In this document: positions 16,511 through 26,543 of the stretch, piece by piece
How the letters are laid out: every line of letters starts with the position of its first letter
How positions within the stretch are numbered: the stretch's first letter is position 1
IMG/VR virus record: IMGVR_UViG_3300005259_000012
Coordinates: 1 to 38,084 of that record
Origin: a virus
Lineage: Duplodnaviria > Caudoviricetes
Length of the DNA stretch: 38,084 bases
Direction: 5' to 3' (one strand)
Made by a program: the position numbers and the translations under genes
The notes under the pieces: model-generated
Seen by the model: the letters and a program-made list of their open reading frames with translations, nothing else
Databases searched by the model: none
Told to the model about the DNA's origin: nothing

Positions 16511-18277
16511 TTACGTGTCAACTTGTTCCGTCAGCCCAAACCCAAACTCAAAAACCGTTCCCGTCCACTGAATTTCTATTTCCAGTTCATTCGCCATTGT
16601 CCCGGTCGGCAGCCAGACCCGACGGCGGCCGCTGCCGGAAACGTCCAGCGTTAACACCGAATTGTCGAAGTCGCTGTAGATAATCACTCTTACGTCGCAA
16701 TTGGACGAAACAATGAACGACAGCAGTTCTTTGGTCGTGAGCGCCGATAACGCGCCTAGGTTGCCGGAATGATAAACGCCCTGCAGCTGGCTGCCGCCGC
16801 CAAGCGAGTAAATGGTATCGGTGTCGCCTTCATCCAGCAACAGATAGATGGTATCGCGGTCAACGTCATACCAGGCATATTGACAGTTTTCCGTACTGGA
16901 AGTATAAAAAATACCGCCGTTTTTGACGTCGTAGATCAAGCATCCGGTAGCGTAAAACAGATAATAAATGTCGTTACCGGCAACGGCGCAGACCGGCGCA
17001 AAGTCAATCAGATATTTCTGGTTGGTGACCACTTTAATGCTGGAACCGTCCCACAGGCAAATCCCGTCATTCGATACCCATACCGGCGCATTGCTCAACC
17101 GGGCAATGGTCAGATAATTCCGGCACCCCTGCTGTCCGGGGATTTCCTGACGGTTAAAGGTATTGACGTCCGTACCGGTCAGACGATAGACCCGGTTCGC
17201 GGTAAAAATCAGCAGCCCTTGAAACTCCGGCACAATCCCCGTGATCGTGTCATCAAACACAATGTAACTGCTTGGGTTCCAGGCGTGGGGATTTTCCACG
17301 ATGGAATAGTAAAGCTTCTCATCAACCGCCAGATAAAAATATCCGGCATTCTGCGTCAGATACTTACCATTGCCCGGCGGAGGCAAATAAAATTCCGTCA
17401 CCATGGTATTACCTTGTAATAACAAAAGATCGGCCAGAGCGTCGTCGTAAGTGGAACTGGCAAGGCTGGCGTCAAAATCTTTCACCATGTAGTAAGTCGC
17501 GCCATCGGCCGCCGTGCGGTACAAGCGGATCGTCGTGGTTCCGGACGGCACTGACGGCAAAGTGACGGTAACTTTGGACGGAACCAGCGTTGCCGCCGCA
17601 TTGCTCAAGGACGATTCGGCAGTCGTTGCCGTCGTCGTCCAGCATAATGTCGTGGTGGTCACCGCCGTCAACGTCACTACACCGTTATAGTTGGTCGTGC
17701 CGGAAACGGTCACTTTATCGCCAACCACAAAAGTATGAATCTGGCCGGAATAAAGCGTTGCGGTTGCCGTACCAGACGATACGGCAATACTGGTCAGCTT
17801 GGGGCTGTTCTTTGCCTGCAGAATGATTTCATTGTACCATTCCGTAGGGTCATTGACCGTATCCCCCGGCGCAGATTCCCAGGAGTCTTTGTTTAAGCAG
17901 GTGATGCAATACTTATACGTTCCTGCCGTCATTCCGCTGGCGGCGTCAAAGCTTTTAGCCAGCGTGGGCGGATGCGGCGGATAGGAAATGCCGGGTACAT
18001 AGTCATTGCCGCCATAATACGGCGCGGCGGTTGCATCGTTGATCGACCAGTAATATTTGCCAAACCATTTCACCGCCGATTTGTTGGCCGCGCCGTAATG
18101 CCCCAGGTTGACCGGGTCATGCAGATTGGTATTGACATTGGCCTTGGCCGATACCAGATTGCCGGTCGATACGTCCGCATCCTGCAACTGTCGCGCCTGA
18201 TTGGAGAGCAGCAACGGCGATATAAAATTATTGGCGCCGCCGGTAAAATTATTTACACTGACAAACTTTTCCGCCAT
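16511..18277 (-). CDS. Tail tubular/nozzle (P22 gp10-like stabilisation) protein
   Basis: NFTGG N-terminus, beta-propeller-like LYYS..NPHAW, LLIFT..VYRLTG, GC, DGICLWDG; inserted Thr-rich beta domain. Confidence 0.75.
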   Translation of the reverse strand: MAEKFVSVNNFTGGANNFISPLLLSNQARQLQDADVSTGNLVSAKANVNTNLHDPVNLGHYGAANKSAVKWFGKYYWSINDATAAPYYGGNDYVPGISYPPHPPTLAKSFDAASGMTAGTYKYCITCLNKDSWESAPGDTVNDPTEWYNEIILQAKNSPKLTSIAVSSGTATATLYSGQIHTFVVGDKVTVSGTTNYNGVVTLTAVTTTTLCWTTTATTAESSLSNAAATLVPSKVTVTLPSVPSGTTTIRLYRTAADGATYYMVKDFDASLASSTYDDALADLLLLQGNTMVTEFYLPPPGNGKYLTQNAGYFYLAVDEKLYYSIVENPHAWNPSSYIVFDDTITGIVPEFQGLLIFTANRVYRLTGTDVNTFNRQEIPGQQGCRNYLTIARLSNAPVWVSNDGICLWDGSSIKVVTNQKYLIDFAPVCAVAGNDIYYLFYATGCLIYDVKNGGIFYTSSTENCQYAWYDVDRDTIYLLLDEGDTDTIYSLGGGSQLQGVYHSGNLGALSALTTKELLSFIVSSNCDVRVIIYSDFDNSVLTLDVSGSGRRRVWLPTGTMANELEIEIQWTGTVFEFGFGLTEQVDT

Positions 18278-18285
18278 GGTCAACC

Positions 18286-19221
18286 TCAATATTTGACGAT
18301 CAGGATAAAAGCCGCGTTAACCGGTCTGGTTTCACTGCCGCCGTCGGAAGCCGTCGCAATATTCACCAGCGGCGGATTGCCGGGAGCCGAACCGATTTTG
18401 GAACCGTAACATTCCCCCTGGGATATGGCGGTAGCGATATTGTGGGTGTGTGCTTCGACCGCGCTATTCTGGACCGAACCGGCAATATCGCCGCCGACAC
18501 GACTGGATGCGTCGGGATCAAGGCCGCGACCGTGGTCGGCAAAGCGCGGAAACGTACCGCGATAGTCCGGCAGGCGAAACGTTGTCGCGCCGTCGCCTTT
18601 GGAATATTTACCGTACTGGCCGCCAGCCCAGGTGCTATCGTCAATGGCTTCGGCTTTAACCGCGTCCCAAAGATCGGAAAAGTTTTCCCTATTCAACAAC
18701 TGGCCCTTGCATTCCAGCCAGCCCACCGGCAAAGTTTCCAGATTCCACATGCGGATCGAGCCTGCGGGCCAGAGAAGTTTGTCGATTAAGCCCACCGTCA
18801 CCACGCTCGACAGGTTGGTTTTCTGTGTGAGATCGTCAGACGTCGCCAGCTTCACCAAACCGGCCAGCGTCGTTGATGCAACCAGCGCAGCCAATCCGGC
18901 CGGAGTCACGGCTTTAGCGTTATCCGTTCCGGCTTTAACTTCTTTCGCGCTGGCGATTTTCAAGATACCGGCCGCCAGTTCAGTCGCCGCGCCGCCGGAT
19001 GCTTTGTACGTATTATAAAGCGCCATCAACGCCGCGTTGACATTTCCGGCGTTAAGTATGGTCTGCAGATTGGCTAAAATCGGAATGTGCCCGGCATTAA
19101 TCAAATGCCCTTCTTTCTGAGTCCCGTCCGACGCGACAAATGTCGAGGTCTGATTAGCTCCGGTAGAGTCAAACCCGATATCTTCCTGCAAAATGGGACG
19201 TTTGCGAATGCGAGTAGTCAT
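18286..19221 (-). CDS. Short tail fibre with tail-collar domain
   Basis: ATELAAGILKIA/ASTTLAGLVKLA repeats; PVGWLECKGQ..GDGATTFRLPDYRG; terminal ETRPVNAAFILIVKY. Confidence 0.88.
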   Translation of the reverse strand: MTTRIRKRPILQEDIGFDSTGANQTSTFVASDGTQKEGHLINAGHIPILANLQTILNAGNVNAALMALYNTYKASGGAATELAAGILKIASAKEVKAGTDNAKAVTPAGLAALVASTTLAGLVKLATSDDLTQKTNLSSVVTVGLIDKLLWPAGSIRMWNLETLPVGWLECKGQLLNRENFSDLWDAVKAEAIDDSTWAGGQYGKYSKGDGATTFRLPDYRGTFPRFADHGRGLDPDASSRVGGDIAGSVQNSAVEAHTHNIATAISQGECYGSKIGSAPGNPPLVNIATASDGGSETRPVNAAFILIVKY

Positions 19222-20031
19222 TTAAAACCACCTTTGTTTATCTGTCGTGCGATTTTTGGCCGGATTTCTGACGGTCATGCGCGAAACGGCCAGTTTCCGC
19301 AACGTCGCGGCGAAGTCAGCGTTTTTCCGGTCAGTGTTTTCTTCATAAGCCAAAGCAGCGGCATAATAGACCGCCGCCAGATAATCTCCGATTTCCCAAA
19401 CGTTCCGGGCAGGCAAACGGGAATACCAAATCGTTGCGGCCGCCGCAAACCAGGTCAGTTCGTCAATCGTCCCCCACTCCGATTCAAACCGATAATCATC
19501 AAGACTGCAGGCAATTCCCCAAAAATCATTTGGTTCAAACACTCCGGCGTCAAACACATACATGTCGCCATTGGCGTTGCCGCGAAATTCGATGCCGGTA
19601 TCCGTGTCATATTCCTGCAACACGTCCAATATGCCAAAATCATCGTCAAAAGCAGGAATTAACGGTTCCTGTTCCGGCACTGGATAGACGCCGTATTTGT
19701 TCACCCCGTAGAAATAGATCGCGGTCGGCGTCCCCGCCTGGGACAAGGTATCATCCGCCGTATCTGCAATCAGGCGTTCCATGGTATATAATCCCACCGT
19801 AGCCGCGTCGATGTTCAGCCCGTAAACATATTTCAGATAATCGGGCGGCACGGAAAACGTACCGTCGGAATCCGGGCAAATATCAAACACCTGGCGCAGA
19901 CAGCCGGTCTGGCGGGCAAATTCATCCTGCGCCTGGCTGAGATAGTCCAGCAAGCGATGATCCGGCCAGATGCGTCCGGCAGGATCGGCCAGCAACAGAC
20001 GCAATCTGGCCAAGGGTGTTGCATAGTCCAT
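19222..20031 (-). CDS. Head-tail adaptor-like protein (paralogue 2)
   Basis: RLLLADPAGRIWPDHRLLDYLSQAQDE N-terminus; VYPVP motif. Confidence 0.65.
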   Translation of the reverse strand: MDYATPLARLRLLLADPAGRIWPDHRLLDYLSQAQDEFARQTGCLRQVFDICPDSDGTFSVPPDYLKYVYGLNIDAATVGLYTMERLIADTADDTLSQAGTPTAIYFYGVNKYGVYPVPEQEPLIPAFDDDFGILDVLQEYDTDTGIEFRGNANGDMYVFDAGVFEPNDFWGIACSLDDYRFESEWGTIDELTWFAAAATIWYSRLPARNVWEIGDYLAAVYYAAALAYEENTDRKNADFAATLRKLAVSRMTVRNPAKNRTTDKQRWF

Positions 20032-20630
20032 TAAAAAAAGTTCCCCCGATTGTTTTTATTCCCGGCCAGCAGGCGGGAACGCAGCCAGTTTATCCGGGCA
20101 AAAAACCGGCCAAGCCAGCCCGCGGACTGACTGTCCTTGTCGCGCAGCAGGCTTTGGGCGCAGGCATACGCAGCGTTGCTGTCCTGATCGGCAATCTCCA
20201 ACTCGCCGAAGATACTGCGGCGGGCGTATTCGACGGTATAGACCGTATCCGCAGGCGGAATCGGAGCCAGCCGAAAACAGTTCCAGGCGTCGAAATCAGT
20301 GATAACGTAATGCGCATTGTCGCCGGTCTGTGTCGGCCAGTCGTCGCCCAGGCGCTGATGCACTTCGCTGAACGGATATTGCGGAATTTCATTCCCGGAC
20401 GCATCGAGCACCCGGGATAAATACAAACCGTCAGACGGCAATTGATAAACCGCGCCGCCGTTGGCGGTAAGCTGGTAATCGGCGGTCAATAACCCGGCGA
20501 TACGGGCAGCTTCATCTTGCGCCTCCTGGATATACGCATCCAGTTCGCTATCGGGCCAGCGGATACCGGCGGTGTCTGCCGTCGTGCTCCTGATCCGTGC
20601 CCGAATCGCGTTAAACGCTGCAACTGCCAT
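20031..20630 (-). CDS. Head-tail adaptor-like protein (paralogue 1)
   Basis: RSTTADTAGIRWPDSELDAYIQEAQDE; YQLPSD; LAPIP. Confidence 0.68.
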   Translation of the reverse strand: MAVAAFNAIRARIRSTTADTAGIRWPDSELDAYIQEAQDEAARIAGLLTADYQLTANGGAVYQLPSDGLYLSRVLDASGNEIPQYPFSEVHQRLGDDWPTQTGDNAHYVITDFDAWNCFRLAPIPPADTVYTVEYARRSIFGELEIADQDSNAAYACAQSLLRDKDSQSAGWLGRFFARINWLRSRLLAGNKNNRGNFF

Positions 20631-20665
20631 CTGCCCGTACCTCCGGTTATGCTAACCCCACCCGA

Positions 20666-21106
20666 TTAGCCGTTGTTGATGACTTCATTCATATCCACCA
20701 CGTCGAGCAGCAGATAGAACTTGAAGGCGGTCAGGTCGGCCGTGCCGATCGTCATGTTGATATTGAACGCGGCGGCAGCGGCATAGGCGGCCACCGTACC
20801 GGCAGCGCCAAGCGGCAGATCGATCACAATGCCCGCTCCGAGATTGGCCAGCGCCAGCGCGGCAGTCAGGTCGGTTGCGCCATACGAGAACTTGACCGTA
20901 CCGGCACCGGCGGAAGCGGCCGCAGTCTGGATAATGACTTTGGCGCTGCGCACGACTTTGCCGACGGGAATCGTGATCAGGTTGTGAGTACCGACCACAT
21001 TAAGGCCGGTAACAGCGGTAACGTCGATGGGATAAAGGTCATCATCCCCGATCCGCTGGAATTTATAGCTCGCGTTGAGCCGGGCAATATACGAAGTAGC
21101 GTCCAT
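20666..21106 (-). CDS. Capsid decoration/minor structural protein
   Basis: Ala-rich beta protein right after the capsid gene; AAGGAG RBS. Confidence 0.6.
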   Translation of the reverse strand: MDATSYIARLNASYKFQRIGDDDLYPIDVTAVTGLNVVGTHNLITIPVGKVVRSAKVIIQTAAASAGAGTVKFSYGATDLTAALALANLGAGIVIDLPLGAAGTVAAYAAAAAFNINMTIGTADLTAFKFYLLLDVVDMNEVINNG

Positions 21107-21156
21107 GATATACTCCTTGTACCGCCGGGCGGATCATTGCCCGGCGGCGGATTGGG

Positions 21157-22269
21157 TTATTTGCTCCAGGTGATTACCTGCATTACGCCCTGATCGACAC
21201 CATCGAAAACCAGCTTTTTCTGAGCGCGGATTTCGTCGGCCACCGAACCGAGCTGATTACCGTAGTCGGAAGATTCCTCACGATAATCGAGGGTTTCTGC
21301 CCAGCACATGGCGGCCGCGTTCGCACCGAGCAGCAGATTGCGCGAGAGCACCTTGCTGCCGTCGGAATTCTGGAACTTGCGGATGCGGCTGGTTTCCATG
21401 AGAATCAGATTGCCCCAAATCCCCATGGCCTTGCTGATGATCGGGTCCTTGTCGGCCGAAATGCCGGACTGAATCCGGGCGACGGCGTATTTCTCAAACC
21501 GGGAGTCCTGCCGCAGCGTTCTGGCGGCCTGTTTGCTCAGGATGAGGATATACATTTCTTCGTTGTTTGAATTCAGCTTGATCGGCGCAATGGCATACTT
21601 GCTGTTGGCTTCCAGTGCCAGCAGAGAGAGTTCGTCCAACAGATACGTGTTCATCACATCGCTGGAGGTCATCGTGCTCAACAGCGCCGTATTGCTGGTA
21701 CTGGACGGATCGACCAGGGCACAAGCACTGGCACCGCTGGCGCGGACGCAGCGGCCGACGCCGTTTACCAGGTTGACACTGTCGCCACCCTTGCCGAGCA
21801 CCGGATCGAAACCGGCAATATAATCCAGGCCGTTGGTGAGCAGACCGGTCAAGGCGTCGAAAGTCCACACTTCGGACGCATCGGTAAACCAGCTTGAAAG
21901 CTGTTTTTTGGCTTCCTTGCGGAAATCCCAAATCATCCGCTTGTCGGTCATCTTGCCCTTTTTCTTGAACGCCTGGGCGACATACTCCAGCTTGAAACTG
22001 TCGGTCATTTCATCCAGCGTCTTTTCGTTGCCGGTGATGGTTTTGTTCTGGCCAACAATACCGGAGCCGCGATACTGCGGAATGAAGTGGTACACTACTT
22101 TGTCGCCCGCCTTGCCTTTCAGCGTGTCATCCACGATGATCGGTCGGCCGGAATCTTTCTTTCCCATCAGGGAATTGAGCGAAAACTGCGTCAGGTACTG
22201 CTCGAAAATATCGTTCGAATGCTGTACCGGGGTACGGCTGTCTTCGGAACCTCGAATCAAGTATGGCAT
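21157..22269 (-). CDS. Major capsid protein, N4-gp56/DUF4043-like
   Basis: LKGKAGDKV, GIVG...ITGNEKTL, DFRKEAK..L..W, LLGANA, EESSDYGN, D.GV motifs; follows the scaffold gene. Confidence 0.88.
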   Translation of the reverse strand: MPYLIRGSEDSRTPVQHSNDIFEQYLTQFSLNSLMGKKDSGRPIIVDDTLKGKAGDKVVYHFIPQYRGSGIVGQNKTITGNEKTLDEMTDSFKLEYVAQAFKKKGKMTDKRMIWDFRKEAKKQLSSWFTDASEVWTFDALTGLLTNGLDYIAGFDPVLGKGGDSVNLVNGVGRCVRASGASACALVDPSSTSNTALLSTMTSSDVMNTYLLDELSLLALEANSKYAIAPIKLNSNNEEMYILILSKQAARTLRQDSRFEKYAVARIQSGISADKDPIISKAMGIWGNLILMETSRIRKFQNSDGSKVLSRNLLLGANAAAMCWAETLDYREESSDYGNQLGSVADEIRAQKKLVFDGVDQGVMQVITWSK

Positions 22270-22288
22270 TTTAATTACCTATGATCTA

Positions 22289-23101
22289 CTAGCGCAACAC
22301 CCGGTCAAGCACTGACGGGGAACCGCCTCCATCTGCGCCCGGTGGCGGAGATGCGGAATTCGCAGAGGCGGAACGGGCCGCTACTCGACGGGATTTGTCG
22401 CTGTTATTGGTTGGATCTTCCACGGCGGTTTCCGGCGCAGTCAACGCCTGGTACCGCCGTGCGATTTCATATGCCGCCTCGGGGGTTCCCCCTTTGGAAA
22501 TAAACTCCTGACGCAACAGGGCGGCGGTTGCATCTTCTTTTTGCATGGCAGGTTCAAGCAGGTCGTAGACGATTTTTTCATAATCAGGATGCTCGGCCTT
22601 GAATGAGGCTTCGGCTCCGCGCCACTTTTCGATCTTGTGCTGTTCGGATTCCTGCTCCAACCGCTGAACTTTGTTGTTGAGTTCCTCTACTGCGGGATTG
22701 GCATCAGGGGTTTTATCCGCGTTGCTTTCAGATTCTTCACTATGGTCATTGCCGTTCTCATCGAACCAGCTGTCGCCTTTGGGCTGCTGCTTCTCCAATT
22801 CTTTGAGTCGCTGCTGTGCCTTGGTAAAGGCAGCCTGATTATCTTTGGCGCGTTTGTCCAACGCGTCGCGTTCGGCTTTCAGCCTGGCGTTTTCCGCCTT
22901 CAGCTTTTCCGAATCGTCTTCCTTCGGCGCCTTGTCCGTGCTGTTATCCGGCGAATCCGCTTCCGGGGCCGTTTTCTGCATGGTCGTGGTAACCGTTTCC
23001 CCAGTCTGTTCCAACTGCGAATCCGTTTCCGGGGCAGTCTGTTCGGTGGACTGGCCACTCAAACCCAAACTGGAGAAAATGCTGCTGTCTTGATCTGCCA
23101 T
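22289..23101 (-). CDS. Capsid scaffolding protein
   Basis: Acidic disordered N-terminus, coiled coil, F...HPDY motif; between portal and capsid. Confidence 0.75.
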   Translation of the reverse strand: MADQDSSIFSSLGLSGQSTEQTAPETDSQLEQTGETVTTTMQKTAPEADSPDNSTDKAPKEDDSEKLKAENARLKAERDALDKRAKDNQAAFTKAQQRLKELEKQQPKGDSWFDENGNDHSEESESNADKTPDANPAVEELNNKVQRLEQESEQHKIEKWRGAEASFKAEHPDYEKIVYDLLEPAMQKEDATAALLRQEFISKGGTPEAAYEIARRYQALTAPETAVEDPTNNSDKSRRVAARSASANSASPPPGADGGGSPSVLDRVLR

Positions 23102-23174
23102 TGTCGTTTATTCCTTGTTGCGGCTCTGACCGTGAATTGCCGTTGGCGGCAGGCGGCCGGAAACCGGTTTGATA

Positions 23175-24947
23175 TTATTGGCCACCGCCAGGAACAGACG
23201 CGCCCCCGGAACCAGCTTGCGCCTGCTGAATCTGGGATTGCGTTAGTTGTGCCTGGAGGTTGGCTTGTTGCTGCTGTTGCTGCTGTTGCTGCGTGAAATA
23301 GTTCTGAGCCTGCGCCATCAATTCGCGCTTGTGCGGGATATCGCTCAGTTCCAACATGACAAAGGAAACAATCTGCGGCGGTAAAACGCCGGATTTCGCT
23401 ACTTCGCTGAACACTTCCAGCGTCCGTTCGCGTACCGTTGAGAACGGCGGCACCGCCCGGAAAACCACATCGAAACGCAGAATATCGCCAATCTTGTTAT
23501 GCAGATCCGGCAATTGGTTGCCCTGTTCGTCAACCATCGGCTGATTAAGCGCCGCATAGCGATACGTATGGTTGGGCTGCGCGATCCGCACGATAATGCC
23601 GTTGGTGTAATGACAGCCGATCAGTTCCAGAACGACTTTGGCCGCCTGTTTCTTGGCAAAATGCAGATTTTCCAGAATTTGAGTCTGCATGGACGCGCCC
23701 TGCAAAATCCGATTCTGCTGTTGTGTGGCGCTGCGTTCGTTCGTGCCGCCATACCCCAACATTGAATCATTAACGCCACTGATGCGCTGAATCATTGCCA
23801 GCAGAAATTGCAGCTGATTGGACAGGAAAGAGCTCTCTTTGAGCTTATCTTCCGTCCGAATCTTGTTCAGCCCGCCACTGTTAAGCTGAACAATGCCATT
23901 GGGCCGACGATATTCGGCGGCTACTTCCTCCGCGGTAACATTGGGCGGCAGCGCATCTTCTTCATAAATCAGGCGTTCGGCGCTCAGGTTCCACAGATAT
24001 TTGGAGTTGAGTTTGTTGATTTGATCCTGCGCATCGCGCAGATACGCCACCAGTCCCTGAGGTTCTCCGCATGCAGACTTGAATGCATAAAACGGGATCA
24101 GCGGAAAAGAATTGATATCCGACGGCGGCGTGTTTTTCTTATCGTCTTCGGGATCGCCATGAAGAAAAACGTCATCGGCAAAAATCACATAACGCAGTTT
24201 CTTCTGCGCGTTCTTATACCAGCAATGACAAAGGCAGACACGACCGGAATGATAATCGTAAAAGTTTTCCACCGCCCGATCCGGCGCATCTTTCTGCGCC
24301 TCATACTCGGGACCATGGTAGGTGTCATTAAAACGGGAGTCGATTTGTTCAACCTTGTCCGGCCACAGTTCTTTTACTTCATCGCGGTCCATCCAGACTT
24401 TGCGGATAATAAACCGGGCATCACTGCCGTCAGGTCGCCGGTGATACGGGTCGATGTAAACTTCTTCCCAGGGTATCCATTTAAAAAAAATCTGGCCCGG
24501 ATCGGAAATTTTTGCTTTTTTGTCAGTCTGAACCTCATCTTCAGGCTGTTCGATATCCACATACAGCCAGCCGCGCCCACCGATAATCCCCTCCCGGAAC
24601 GCCTGCGAGGTAAAAAAATCCGCGTCCGACGCATCAAAAACCTGTTTCAGCAGTTCGGTAAGCAGATCGGCGACGGTATCGTCATCGGAATTGCGGCCGC
24701 AGACCTGTAAATCAGCGCGTTTATCATTCTCCAGCGCCAGCACCATGTCAATCGTCGGACGGATAACATTCAAAACTGTCGGCTGCTGGCCGCGTTCATC
24801 AAAGATTGCCAATTCGTCCGGCGTCCACTGTTTGCCGTCGTAATATTCAAAATTACGCTGGTTGCCCTTGCGCCAATTGCGTTCAAAACATTCGGCGCTG
24901 ATAAGCCAGCGGTAAAATTTATGATTTATAACCCGACTTTCGCTCAT
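23175..24947 (-). CDS. Portal protein (P22-like)
   Basis: YYDGKQW, PTVLNVIRPTID, GGRGW, DGSDAR, FPLIPF, QDQINK; Gln-rich C-terminal barrel. Confidence 0.92.
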   Translation of the reverse strand: MSESRVINHKFYRWLISAECFERNWRKGNQRNFEYYDGKQWTPDELAIFDERGQQPTVLNVIRPTIDMVLALENDKRADLQVCGRNSDDDTVADLLTELLKQVFDASDADFFTSQAFREGIIGGRGWLYVDIEQPEDEVQTDKKAKISDPGQIFFKWIPWEEVYIDPYHRRPDGSDARFIIRKVWMDRDEVKELWPDKVEQIDSRFNDTYHGPEYEAQKDAPDRAVENFYDYHSGRVCLCHCWYKNAQKKLRYVIFADDVFLHGDPEDDKKNTPPSDINSFPLIPFYAFKSACGEPQGLVAYLRDAQDQINKLNSKYLWNLSAERLIYEEDALPPNVTAEEVAAEYRRPNGIVQLNSGGLNKIRTEDKLKESSFLSNQLQFLLAMIQRISGVNDSMLGYGGTNERSATQQQNRILQGASMQTQILENLHFAKKQAAKVVLELIGCHYTNGIIVRIAQPNHTYRYAALNQPMVDEQGNQLPDLHNKIGDILRFDVVFRAVPPFSTVRERTLEVFSEVAKSGVLPPQIVSFVMLELSDIPHKRELMAQAQNYFTQQQQQQQQQANLQAQLTQSQIQQAQAGSGGASVPGGGQ

Positions 24948-25013
24948 GAATTGATAATCTCCTTACCAATTCACGTCGAACAGTTTCGCCAGCCATGATT
25001 TGAGGTTAAAACG

Positions 25014-26543
25014 CTATAAGGTGCGCCAATTTTCAGCCCGACGACGACGCGCCGCGATAATCTGCGACGGCTTTTTCACCGTAATTACATTGCTGCTATT
25101 CTCGTGCATCAACGTAATCAGGAAAGCGTCTGCCCGATTCGGGCTGTGCGCACCACGGGCTTTCATGTCGTCCTTTGATTCGACCACAACATGACCGTTT
25201 TGAAAAGAATATGTTGGCTGACTCAGTTCTTCAGCGAGTCCCGACCATTCCGGCTCTTTGTCATTGCCGCAAAAATGGATTCCGGCCTGCTTTGCCCACA
25301 TCCGGCCTTTCCACCACAACGCATCACGCAGGCTTTTACAGGACGGCTTGAATCCGTCCGGCGCTTTTTCGCTGACCACCACCGGGAAAACCGGATACCC
25401 CAAAAAACGCAACTGGTCATAAAGACCGGAGCCAACGCCGATAATATCCACGCCGATTTCATGGCAATTCCATTCCGCTTGCCGGGCAATGATCCGCATC
25501 TGCGATTCAACCAGGTCGGCGCCGTGCCAGCTTTCGGTGTGCAGAACATCGCGCCCGTCACGAATAACCACCGAAGTATCGTCATTGCCCGACCGCGCTA
25601 CGTCCACCCCCATGATCCGCCGTCCGGTTGCCGCCGGTTTGGGATTGCTCCAGGCCGGTTTTATCCATTGCGGTTCAATAACACAATCTTTGTTGCCGGA
25701 ACCGAACTCGCCAAGCACGCGCACCTTGTAAGTGTTGGAGTTTTCCCCAAACTCATCTTTCATGTCGGCAGCCCAGGCGCGAGTTTGGCGTCCGGTATGC
25801 GTAATCTTAATCACATTGCCCAGCGGATCGACGTAATCATAGCTGTATTCCGTGTCATTCAGCGAATCCAATGAACTGAACGACAGCGCCCGCCACACCC
25901 GGGAACCCTTGTTGAAAATATTGTAGCCATAACCGGCGTTCGTCGTCGGATTGCCCATCATCAGCCCCATCGATCCCGGGTCACCCATGGCACCGCGGGC
26001 AACTTCAAAAACCTTGTCAGGCACCCCGGACCACTCATCGATCATGAAAAAGCAGTCGTGAAAACCTTGCAACGCATCAGGCTTTTCCTCTCGCGCCGTG
26101 CGCAACGTAGCAAACCAGCCGTCTTTCCACTCGGTGTTGTAAAACGTCCCTCCGCTTTGCAACTCATAGCGCTTGGCCAGAAACGGAAAGTTGTTTTTCT
26201 TTTTCGCCAATACCGCAGCCATCTCCGGCCACAAGCAATCGGTCAACTGGTCGAACGCCGCGCCCGTGATTGGCACTCGACACGGTTTGCCCGGCTCGAA
26301 AAACGTATCCAGATACCAGTGACCGCACCAGGCCATGGTTTTTGTCTTGCCGATCCCGTGTCCCGATTTGACTACTACAAAGCGATATTTCGCCAGATCG
26401 TTGAGGATTTGCGCCTGCTGATAGGTCGGAACGTCGCCAATACATTCAATCACATAGCCCAACGGGTAACGCTTCCAGCGCTTCAGCCAGAACGCCAAAT
26501 TGTTCAGTGATTTGTCAATTCCGCCCGGAGTAATGTCGATCAT
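25014..26543 (-). CDS. terL: Terminase large subunit
   Basis: Walker A SGHGIGKT, LQGFH, Walker B MIDEW, GNP, GVDVARSGNDD, SPNRADA. Confidence 0.95.
   Translation of the reverse strand: MIDITPGGIDKSLNNLAFWLKRWKRYPLGYVIECIGDVPTYQQAQILNDLAKYRFVVVKSGHGIGKTKTMAWCGHWYLDTFFEPGKPCRVPITGAAFDQLTDCLWPEMAAVLAKKKNNFPFLAKRYELQSGGTFYNTEWKDGWFATLRTAREEKPDALQGFHDCFFMIDEWSGVPDKVFEVARGAMGDPGSMGLMMGNPTTNAGYGYNIFNKGSRVWRALSFSSLDSLNDTEYSYDYVDPLGNVIKITHTGRQTRAWAADMKDEFGENSNTYKVRVLGEFGSGNKDCVIEPQWIKPAWSNPKPAATGRRIMGVDVARSGNDDTSVVIRDGRDVLHTESWHGADLVESQMRIIARQAEWNCHEIGVDIIGVGSGLYDQLRFLGYPVFPVVVSEKAPDGFKPSCKSLRDALWWKGRMWAKQAGIHFCGNDKEPEWSGLAEELSQPTYSFQNGHVVVESKDDMKARGAHSPNRADAFLITLMHENSSNVITVKKPSQIIAARRRRAENWRTL

Noticed and set aside
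23266-23293. CAG/CAA repeat in the portal gene as a contingency locus
   Set aside because: Mixed codons; Gln-rich tails are normal for P22-like portals.
24963-25016. TAG read-through of terL adding RFNLKSWLAKLFDVNW
   Set aside because: Other TAG stops end genes normally, no suppressor tRNA is seen, and terL already ends plausibly.
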